This document shows positions 1-11,900 of a DNA stretch of 64,000 bases, piece after piece (the stretch's first letter is position 1; every line of letters starts with the position of its first letter). The stretch is taken from positions 13,952,001 through 14,016,000 of the forward strand of contig NC_087263.1 of assembly GCF_037042905.1 (NCBI RefSeq), written 5' to 3'. Source of the DNA: Lytechinus pictus (lineage: Eukaryota). The translations under genes and the position numbers were made by a program. The notes below the pieces were generated by a model. That model made no database searches. It saw only the letters and a list, made by a program, of their open reading frames with translations, and had not been told where the DNA came from.

Positions 1-244
1 TCTATTAATATACTGATGGTAAAGTAGAAACCATTTAAAATTTTCCGAGAAAATTATATTTAATTGTTTTTTTTACCATAGGATATGTAGGAAAGCTGCT
101 CACATGTGATGTCACAAATCAAATGATCAAATTTCTCATAACTTTTTATTCTTTGATGGAGTTTTCTCAAATCTTTGGCAATATTTCTTTTTTTTTCTGC
201 TACTTTAACCATATAATTTTTGTCAGGGTGAACTTCCCCTTTAA
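1..244. mobile_element. Right part of a TTAA-type MITE (TIR AAAGGGGAAGTTCACCCTG family)
   Basis: Ends CAGGGTGAACTTCCCCTTTAA. The same end and interior occur at 44003-44484. Confidence 0.7.
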
Positions 245-666
245 CAAAAGAATGTGCCACGTCTTTAAGCAGGAATCCCACTATGAAGGCGCTATGAGTC
301 TTTCATAACGGTTTTAATCTTCCATTCCCTCAGTGATTTGCTCATGTTATGTAATATAAAATGCACAAATTTCAATCCTTTAATGGTTCGTGATGACTCA
401 TTTTTGTTTTCTTTGTAGGAACAGGTGTGAAATGATTTACTGAACTTAGAGTAAAACCATTTGATGTGTGGATTACAAGTGAAAAGATCAAGTGAAAAAC
501 TGCTTGTGGGATTTGTGCTAAAAGAATTTCGGCTCTAATGTTTTAAGGTGTCCCATGTTCTTCTTGCATTCATTACAACCTGAAATGAAATTATAATAAA
601 CCATTACTGGGTTTGAAAATTAATTCATTTTTAAGTGGAGTGTAAATCATGGCAATCTCTACTTAC

Positions 667-748
667 TTCATATTCTTGTGAGTAACCATAGTTGCTATCT
701 GCATTCATGTTAAACCAATCACGGGTAAAGTCACTCACACGAACAGGT
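667..748 (-). CDS. RPTP wedge exon immediately before the PTP catalytic domain
   Basis: TTTTTTCTAG|A ... GAA|GTAAGT, 82 nt. [27 protein letters not shown] resembles the PTPRB/PTP10D motif (P+...F..H+..+.ADS.Y/F..S.EYE), recalled rather than searched. Confidence 0.92.
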
Positions 749-3700
749 CTAGAAAAAAGGGAATATATATAAATTGTTATTGTTTTACTAATCGTTATAA
801 GTTATTGATTAGTCCATGACAATTACTATCGTTACCTTATTCTTAACTTAATCATTATTAATGTCATCATTACTCATGCCAGAAATGACATAAATACAGT
901 TTTCATTAATTTTTAAATAATAAATATTACACAAATCATTTGGCCCCCCTTTTTTTTTTGGGGGGGGTACTAATACCCCAAGATCTCAAAGAGTACTTGC
1001 TATACATTTTGAGAGTGAAAACAACAACAACAAAAAACGAAATTTTCTAAAAATATTCCACTAAAGTAAAACTTTTGGATTACACACTTTATGACATCGG
1101 ATGAAAAATAAGAAGTGTTTTCAAGAATGGTTAATTTATCAACTTTTACCTGGAATGTTTTTGTTTTGAGATTGTGTGAGTATTATTTGCAACACGGGTT
1201 AACTCCACATCCTTCATGTTTGCTGGGAGATAGCGACCTCTACCGTCAAGTCTGTACAATGGAAGAGATCAGAGAAAGGAAAAGTAATCATCGATTATTG
1301 ATAAGAATTGTAGTAAAATTAATCATTCATACAGTGTCGAGATCAATTATACAAAGCAGTGGAATCACCCACTGTTACCACATAATGGGACCATTTATTT
1401 TTGGACAAAAGGATAGTATTGAAAATAATTAACAGTGGCTTTGTAAAAAATAGTATGTCAAAAAATGGACGATAAGTGACTGAATAAGCTATTTCCAGTA
1501 AGATATAGACAATGAAAGAGACCAGAGCAAAGGCTACGAATAATTGAATATGATATCACTTTTGATAGAAGATTAAACAACACAGACTTGTAACAAAAAT
1601 TAAGTAACACACAACTTTTTGTTAGCTGATGGAGATGAAATGTAAAAAAAAAAATTAAATCAACAAGTTTTTACTGTTCAGAGAAAAACACGCTCAATAT
1701 TAATGATAGATTTTATTATAGACATGAGCATGGTTTCATGCTTTAAAAGAGTTAACTTGTTTATGAAATAATTTCATCTGGATAAATGCACTTTGTTTAG
1801 AGTTATGTAATTAAACCATGTAATTACTTAAAATTTTCTCTTGAATAATGATTAAATATGAATTTTAATAGACATTCAAGCTGAGCTTTAAACTGATGAT
1901 TAGTATTGCAACAACACTTTTAAAGCGACACAACATTCACTACTAAGCCACAAACCTATAATGAATTGCTATACGCTGCTAGGGAGAACATTCTGTACCA
2001 CAGTGTGTCCACAGTACATGTTGATCACAGTGTAAAATCATAGTCAAACTGTTAACTTGAGAAATTTTAAAAGTGCGGATCACATTTTCACATAGTTCAC
2101 CATGTGAACACTCGCACTGTAGGGGTGTCCACAGTCTCTCACACTGTGAACAATCACATTGAAGAGGTCTCTACAATTTAGAACTGCCTTCACACTATTC
2201 AATTTGAACGTTTCAACACATTTTAAGATAGTTCATAATGTGAACCAACTGTGAACTCACTGTGTACACTCATACTGTAGAAATGTCCACAGTGCAAAAC
2301 TTTCTTCTACACTGTTAAATATGGGTATTTTAACACTGTGAATCACATCTTCATACAGTCCACAATATGAGGTAACTGTGAACACATTATGACCACAATG
2401 TGAACACACTGTAAACCCAATGTGAACTCACCATGAACACTTTGAACACACTGAATACACTGTGAACATTGTGAACATATTGTAAACACTGTGAACACAC
2501 TGTGAATATACTGTGAACACTGGGAACACACTGTGAACATATTGTAAACACTGTGAACACTGTGAACACACTGAGAAAACACTATGAACACTCTGTAAAT
2601 GCACTGTGAACACACTGTGTAACATTGTGTTCTTTCCAGCATGGATGAACAACTGAATTAGGGTGGGGAGCAAGTCAAACTGAAAGCAGAAAAAATACAT
2701 TCACGAAACGAATGAAAATGAATGTTCTTCTTTCTATCGTGTCTCTCTCTTCAGAGACGAAATATCAGTCTCCTTTGAATAGCATGATCTCAACTAATCT
2801 ACTACTCAAATAGTCAGTCATTTGTTATCCACAAGTACCAGTTTGAAAATGTAGTCTTTACTTCTGCTAATGCATAATGACCAACATAATTCATAATGTT
2901 CAAATGAATTATGAAGCACAACATAAATAAAAAAATCAATGAATGAAATGTATTAAAAATTAAGGAAATTTGTTAAAAACATATGACCAAGCCACATGAC
3001 AATAAAACTATTACACAATGCATACTTTTTTAGTAACAAAAACACAAAACAAAACCAAAAACAACAAACTTTGAACTATACAGAAAAACAGTGCTTTAAA
3101 TTATTATACCTCTACTGAACACTAAATAGGGAATAAACTTGAATCTAAATAAAGGTCACTTTGGAACTCTGCACAGAATTTGGAAATAAAAATTATCACA
3201 AGAGCCACAAAACATCAAAGAGGTTTTCCCCAAAACATGCAATGGGTTCTAATTGTGTTGCCTTGTTTACCTGTGCTTGCATTGGAGGACAACTCGCAGA
3301 CATTTCTGAACTCTGTGGGTTTGTTGATGATGTCACAATAGAGTAATTATGTAACAATATTGTTTTTCATGGTTATATCTAATGCATAAATCAACATGAT
3401 TTCAGGCAACAAAGACGAAAAAATATATTTGCGAATTTTGCTTTCGGTGCTTTGAATATGATTTTGACAAAATGGATGATGGATCATCTTAAGATGAAGT
3501 TGTAACGCAGTATAAGGCACAAATACGAGTCAGTTCAAGTTCTACTTTAAGAGTTGACTGCCTAAATTTATAGATTATCATAATTTGTATGTAAATGTTC
3601 ATTTGTGTGTACAATTACATTCTTTGAACTTTAGGTCAATCAGAGACTATAATATACTATAGAGAATAAAATATATTTGATAAAGCTTTGCCGGAGTTGA

Positions 3701-6700
3701 ACCTGAACTTATGGTTAATTAAGATACACATGGTCTGGTATAATGGGGGGGGGGGGGAAAGTCTGTTTTTCTTAAAAGAAGGTTTCGGAATTGAGACAAA
3801 TATACATTTCGCCATAAAATTCGTGTTGCACCATGATTATACAACTATTCTCATGATTTATTAAATACTACATCTGTGTAAATACATAAGTTTTAGTAGA
3901 GATTGGTAATAAGGGATTGCAATATTGATTACCCTATGTTTTGAAAAGATAACATATTTTAAGAATTTATATTTTATTCCCCAAAGTTGCATTTTTAAGG
4001 GCATGCGCAATTCGCACACAACTCTTTGAAATAACTCCAAATACCAGCACTTCATAAATTAACATTTCGTTTGAACATACCTGAACTTCCTGACAATGAC
4101 GACGATAGAGAGGATGATTACGATGACGAGCAGGGAAAATAGTGCTGTACTTATTCCGATGATCACGCCATGTGGACTAACAGCTGTTAAAAGAAAATAA
4201 TATAGTAAATATATCAACATTTTTGTTGTCTTTATCATCATCAATAATCATGTCAGCATCACTATCATCATGATCATACTAGTAAGCATAATCACCATCA
4301 TCAGCATTGATTATCATTGTTTCCATTATCCTATTCTTCATCTTCATCGTAGTCATCATCATCATCAATTATCATCATCATCATCATCATACCTCTGTGT
4401 TTTGGTAATGCACGCTGGGAAGTATACAAGTGAGTGTGGGTCAATATGGATGGGTTCATGTTTAAATGTGGGTGTGGGTGTGGATGTGGAGGAGTGGGTG
4501 AGTGGGTGTAGAACATGTTGCTGTGGGGTTTGTTGGGTGTAAACATGTGTGAAAGGGATAAAACTGTATTCTTGGTGCTAATGAAGCCGTTTCATATTTG
4601 GTAAATCTCTTAATACATACGTAATGAGACTGGGAGCGAGTTCCTTGTGTCTGCATATCCACCTGGCGATATTCCACGGAAACGATATCTGCATATGAAA
4701 TATAATAGATGTAATGTTGGTCAATAACCCATAGGGATAAAAATGACAGGCAAAATTTAAAAAAAAATGAATAGACTGCAGTATATTGGAATAACAGAAG
4801 ATAAATCAAACCAATTATCAACCATACCATAACAATTGTGATAAGTCTTTCTTTACACATAATAAATGTTATGTACCATTCATTTCTTACACATAAGACC
4901 TTATTATGTACTAATCAGATCTTCCATGTAAGACCTGTTAAAGACTAATCACTTCTTAAGACTTTCTAGAAATCTGTTATGTACGAATCACCTCTTACAC
5001 TTAAACCCTTCTTACGTATAACAGGTACCCATCATTTCTTATATAAAACCATTAAGATAACATGATTACATTTAAAAATAGTCTCTGCTTACACAAAAAT
5101 GATTTTCCATGGATGATAGCCCATTACAGTACAAAGTTTTATTATCATATGAACATTCCTCTGTTAAAATTGCTTACTCTTATGTACTAATCAATACACA
5201 AAAGACCTTTTAACAAATAAGTCATATGTATTGATCTCTATAGTACAAATACTTACACATATTACTTTCCATGGATAAGTGACCCAGTACAATTCCTATT
5301 GTCATACAAACACTCCTCTGTACTAATTGCACACACTTACGTACTAATCAGTACACACAAGATCTTTTACAAAAAAAGTCTTATGTGCTGTTCTTATGTA
5401 AATACTTACACATAAGACCTTCCATGAATTAGTGGCCCATTACAGTACACATCCTTATTGTCATATGAACACTCCTCTGTACCAATGGATATCTGTGTAG
5501 TGGTAGGAGCAGTCTGTGTTGGGTCTGCAACACTTCTCTTTCGACGCGTACCTGAAAGAACAATGACAATTTTGACATGATTAAAATCGGTGATATTAAC
5601 AAGGAAAATATGGAATTTTGAGGAAAAAAGACCTTATTGCTTAATCCAATCTTTTGGTAAAGTGTACTTTTATTCACCAGAAATTCGCCATATCTATATT
5701 TTTGTAAAAAAAAGGGAATTAAAAAAACTTATCTTGAAAGGGACATGAAAAGAATAAACGGGGTAAATGCGATGGTTATTTTAGTTGTATTCATTTACCT
5801 ATCTTGCTTGTATTTGTAAAAATAATTAATGATCATTTACAGTAATGATCTAGTTTAGCCATTTAGCAAAAAGAAACATTTCTTTGATTTCACAACCCTA
5901 TGTATAGTGGTATAAAATGGAATAAAACAAGTGAAATAAAACATCAGAGCCTTGGAATTGCATTAGTTTGCATAATTTTTCAGGCCATCTAACTTATCAT
6001 TTATTTTATAAATCTGAGGCTTGTAAAGTATTGATTGTGATACAACGCTCTCTCTCCACCATCCCCATAAATCTGTTTGTTTACAGTATACAAATTATTC
6101 GACAACCATTATGCTTTTCGAGAGGGGACAAAAAGAAAACTAAATCAAAACAGAAGAGACAAAAAACTTATGAAAAACCATGTACAGTGTACATAAACAA
6201 GACAAGATATGAAGTTTAAACCGAAGATGACATATATCACCATTGAATTCAATTCATACCTTGCGCAAGGTCACTCAGATCTATAGGTTCACTTATTTGA
6301 TAAGGAGGGATGACATCATTAGGAATAGCCTCTGCCCAAGTGAGCATTCTTGGTGGAGTACTGTTACTCTGGGTGGGCTCATTAGCGGCTGGAAGAAAGA
6401 ATAGTAAGGCAAACACATATGAAGGCATTGGAAGAAGTTTAATTAAAATTGAAAAACTGTGGATTTTTTCAACCAATAAAAGTTATATTAAAATATAAAA
6501 CTTTTGTGTTCAAATATGTTTACCTAATATGCAGACTAAATTACAAAATATATGAATTTAAACCATCTTTCCTCTGAAGGTTCAGTGGACCACTTTTCAG
6601 TTTAAATTCAAACTTGTATTTTGTCTGATTAATAGGCTAAATATTAATATCAGCGTGTTCACATATTCACCCTATTAAAATCATCAAACTTAACAGTGTG

Positions 6701-8795
6701 ATGATGAGGTCCTGTGAAATTGTTTTATTACCACAAATTCTTGACAGGTGTAAAGATGGTTTAAGTGTGTGTTCCACATTGTGAACACACAGTGAAGGGC
6801 TGTGGTCTTTCCGGAATTGATGTATGCGTGAAAAATAATTTTCAAGAACTAACAGTTGATAACATTCTCACCACTTGATTCAGCAACGATGACTATGACA
6901 TGAGTTATTTCCCCATTGACGTCATCAAACATAGAGGGGTCAAAGTTGACAACAAAGTTTCTGGATTTGATAGTCTTGCTCGGTGGAGGCGGGGGTCTCG
7001 TATCCGGGACCTGTGGAACTGAGCAATGAATAGGTGTTGGATTTGAATTTTATCTCCATGAAGAAGTATGGTTTGTAAGAAAAACGTAACTGTGTTATAT
7101 TATTTTTAGAAAATAAACTGAATCACTTCTGGAGATATTTTGAATCAATTATTATAACAGCAAGCATTCTTTATCCTTCTTGATTTTTCTCTAGCCCCAA
7201 TTTTATCTTTTTATTTAGTTTGTTTTAATCTTCCTTTTCACTATCAAAATGATTTTTATCCTGCTACCCATCATTGGTTTTCTTTCCATTCTCTAAATTT
7301 TGTTATATTCCTTAAAATTTTATCTTCAAATCTACCATCTTTAAGATCTTATTTCAATCTATAAGTACATTTGTATCTTCTACATTTCAGCTCATTGTAA
7401 ATCAAATAATACTATACATTATTTCATTCAAATTCCACCTGCATATATGCTATCTATACCTGTGTGAACAGAATAATACTATATCTGCTCAATATTCTAT
7501 CTTGGTGATTATTTTGTAAAAGAGTAAATTTTTAACTTACTAGTTACTGCAGTTAGAATCCAATCTGATACACCTGCGCCGAGTCCGACCTCATTCCGAG
7601 CTTTCACCTGTGATGTCACAAAAAGCATGTTCTTGGTAAAAAATGTTTCCTAGAAATCGATGCACAATTTAACTGATTGGATAAATGCACTGGTATACAG
7701 ATGGGCAGTTGGGGGACACGGCCCCCAATAGTTTTTTGAGCAAGAAAAAAGGGAGTAAATCAAAGAAAACAAGAGGAAAACGAAAAAGTTATGATTATAT
7801 TCACTCAAGTCAAGCATCTGAGGTTTGGCGCCCTTTCCAAATTCTTGACACCAGTACCTACTTTGAGTGTCTTTATGATATCAACCGTATAAGCATTTCT
7901 TTCATCACCTTCTCTTTTCTTGTTCGCAATCCACTGTTTTCTCCCACTTTAGCCCCTGAATGTGATGCCATGATCACGTGCCCCCTTGCCCCTTTATGTC
8001 AATGTATGCAGTATATATTCAATGATATGGGAACATGTGATACGAATCAATCTGCTCTTACTGTAAATGTATAGTTGCATCCGCCTTTTAGTCCCTCAAT
8101 AATAACCGACGTCTCGGCAACAGGTAAGTACTTCTCGCCTCTGTTACAAGTTCGATTTCCCTGGAGAAAGATAAAAGTTTAGTACAGGATAAATATATAT
8201 AGTGACACAGGATAACTTGGAAAGTTAAGATCAAAACATGTGCATTGTGTTGCCTGTAGAGAAGAAGTGAGAATTGTGAGAGTCCAGATTCACATAAACT
8301 TCTCAATTTTTCTTCATTTTTTATGTGCATTTTGGTTGGGCCTATAGACTGATTTCATGTTCTATTCTCCTGAAAAGACGTCTTATGTGTCTTTCTTGCA
8401 TTTTGGTCTCTAACTATATCTATAAAATAACAATGTTTGGTAAAAGCAATGTTATCTATCTATCATACCTATCTATCTATCCATCTATCTATCTATTTAT
8501 CTATCAATCCATCCATCCATCTATAATCTATCTATCTGTCTATACATCCATTCATCTATCTATCAAACTAATTAGCTATCTATAAATCTATCTATCTACC
8601 TATTGATTCCATCCACCTATCTATCTATCTGACAAACTTATTACCCTTATTACCTATCTATCTATCTTCATACCTATTTATCTATCAATGCATCCATCCA
8701 TCAATCCATCCACCTATCTATCTATCTATCTGACAAACTAATTACCTATCTATCTTCATACATATTTATCTATCTATCTACCCATCCATCCATCC

Positions 8796-8883
<88 letters not shown>

Positions 8884-8917
8884 GACAAACTAATTACCTA
8901 TCTATCTTCATACATAT

Positions 8918-8986
<69 letters not shown>

Positions 8987-11900
8987 CATCCATCCATCCA
9001 TTTCTCTCTCTCTTATATAAAATACAATTAAACTCTTACGCTTCTATGGCCGATATATTCGACCTGATACCCTTCAAGAACCCCATTATGCCACATAGGG
9101 GACATGAACGACAGTCTTATCCGGCGGTGATCAATCTGGGGTTCCAATCTAAGTCGGTCCACCGGTCCTGGCCCTGCAGAGGAGAGTAAAACATCAAAGT
9201 AAATTGATCTAAAACCAACTACTTAAAGATAAATATGTATCAAGTTAATAATATAACTTCCCCGTCTTCAACTTACAGATGCTCATCTATCTTTTAATGT
9301 CTTTGTTGCAAAATACTGTCATGGTTCAAGCTAAAAGAAACCCCAAATCAACTCAATTCTGATCGAATTTGTTTGTTTGTCTGGGGAACGATATCATGAA
9401 GTGACAAGAAAGTGCCGTCATCTTCAGATGTGATGTGTTAGGGCGGGAGTTGCAATATTTATGTAACTCTTCGTTCTCAAATTCCACATTTCCTGAGCTA
9501 TGGTTTTGAGACAATTCAACGTTTTTAAAGTTTCTTCAAGACTCTTTGCTTATCACTTAATGGTAACCATATATTTCTAAAACTAAAAAATCCACTTAGC
9601 AAGTTAATCTTCAGTGTACATTGCGAACATGCAATGGTGTAAACGTTCAAGTTATTTTTCCTCTTACTTGTGGGTGAAGTAGTCTCTCCTACCAGGACCA
9701 TCTCTCCTTCTGAGGAGTTTGCACTTGCCCTAATACTGATGATGTATCTCGTTCCCGCCAGGAGATTATGGAATGTAAATTCTGTGACGTCACCATGGAC
9801 TTGGCCGACCTCTTCATTGTAACTCGGCGCAAAAGCATGTAGGTGATAACGTGTCCTGTAGCCAGGGCCAGGCAGCCATGTTATGGTGATGGATTGCTCG
9901 GTAACGTTTGTGACTGTGACGTTCATGGGAGGAGTAGGGGCTGTTGAGAGAAAAAAATGAGGTTTTATATGGTTGAAAACAAAATATGAAAAGTAGTGTG
10001 AGCATTATTAATGATATTGCCACTGTGTCGACATCGTATTCCAGAAAGTTCATTGCAAGCTCATTGTACAGCACTTTATGCCACAGTATCACCAGTGAAA
10101 CCGAATCCAGAACTATCAAAAGCTACTAATTTCATTCAATTGACCTAACATCAGTCAGTTTGCAGTCGGTTTTGTTGGTTTGCCTGTCCCATAACTACTT
10201 TTGTGACAGAGAGTAAGGTTTCAGATATGTTTTAAAATTGTGATATACGTCTCATAACCAAAGCCACAGTGTGGATACATTGCCAGTAGATAGTAGGTGT
10301 TTCATAAAGCTGTTCGTATGTTAAGAGCGACTTTAAGAACGACTAGTGAACCTTTCTTACACGATAAAAATCACCAATAAACATTTAAAGGTGAATATCA
10401 TTTACCACAAGAAATAAAAGGATCAATAGTAAAGTCACTCTTAACTTACGGACAGCTTTATGAAACTGCCCCCTGATAACTCTACTGTGGTACAATGCAT
10501 TAGCTGCGAATCTTGTTTGCTCATTATCTTATTTCAACATCCGACAGGCTCCTCACTGCGGTAATATTCTAATAGAAGAGTAAAGTACAGTGTGTGTTTC
10601 TAGGTGTGTCCCACAGTCTATTACAGTGAGTTCCAGAGTGTGTAACACAGTATATTCCACAGTGTATCAAAGTGTGTTTCTAGGTGTGTCAAACAGTTAA
10701 CCTACTAGAGTGAGTTCCAGAGTGTGTAACACAGTATATTCCACAGTGTGTCAAAGTATGTTTCTAGGTGTGTCAAACAGTTAACCTATTAGAGTGAGTT
10801 CCAGAGTGTGTAACACAGTATATTCCACAGTGTGTCTAAGTGTGTTTCTAGGTGTGTCAAACAGTCTGACTATTACAGTGAGTTCCAGAGTGTGTAATAC
10901 AGTATATTCAACAGTGTGTCAAAGTGTATTTCTATGTGTGTCAAACAGTTTACCTATTACAGTAAGTTCCAGAGTGTGTAATACAGTATATTCCACAGTG
11001 TGTCAAAGTGTGTTTTCTATGTGTGTCAAACAGTGTGCATATTACAGTGAGTTCCAGAGTGTGTAATACAGTATATTCCACAGTGTGTCAAATTGTGTTT
11101 CTATGTGTGTCAAACAGTTTACCTATTACAGTGAGTTTCAGAGTGTGTAATACAGTATATTCCACAGTGTGTCAAATTGTGTTTCTATGTGTGTCAAACA
11201 GTTAACCTATTAGAGTGAGTTCCAGAGTGTGTAATACAGTATATTCCACAGTGTGTCAAAGTGTGTTTCAAGGTGTGTCAAACAGTGTGCCTATTACAGT
11301 AAGTTCCAGGGTGTATAAAACAGTACATTCCGCAGTGTGTCAAAGTGTGTTTCTAGGTATGTCAAACAGTGTGTTTCTGGGTAGGTTAAAACAGTGTACC
11401 TATTTACAGAAAGTTCCAGAGTGTGTAAAACAGTGTATTCCACAGTGTGTCAAAGTGTGTTTCTTGGTGTGTCACACAGTCTATTACGGTGAGTTCCAGA
11501 GTGTGTAAAACAGTGTATTCCACAGTGTGTCAAAGTGTGTTTCTAGGTGTGTCAAACAGAGTGCCTATTACAGTGAGTTCCAGAGTGTGTAAAACAGTGT
11601 ATTTCACAGTGTGTCAAAGTGTGTTTCCAGGTGTGTCAAACAATGTGCATATTACAGTGAGTTCCAGAGTGTGTAAAGCAGTGTATTCCACCGTGTGTTT
11701 CTAGGTGTGTCAAACAGTGTGCCTATTACAGTGAGTTCCAGAGTGTTTAAACAGTGTATTCCACAGTGTGTCAAAGTGTTTCTTGGTGTGTCACACAGTC
11801 TAATACAGTGAGTTCCAGAGTGTGTAAAACAGTGTATTTCACAGTGTGTCAAAGTGTGTTTCAAGGTGTGTCAAACAGTGTGCATATTACAGTGAGTTCC

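Noticed and set aside
3271..3398. Possible extra cytoplasmic exon between the TM and juxtamembrane exons
   Set aside because: The acceptor is weak and the required phase hits a stop after 14 codons. The TM exon splices cleanly to 1251.
4462..4860. ORF-track frame [13 protein letters not shown] as the RPTP exon
   Set aside because: Its phase is incompatible with the flanking exons. The [14 protein letters not shown] frame fits both phase and family motif. The same applies to ORFs 5429-5677 and 8088-8330.
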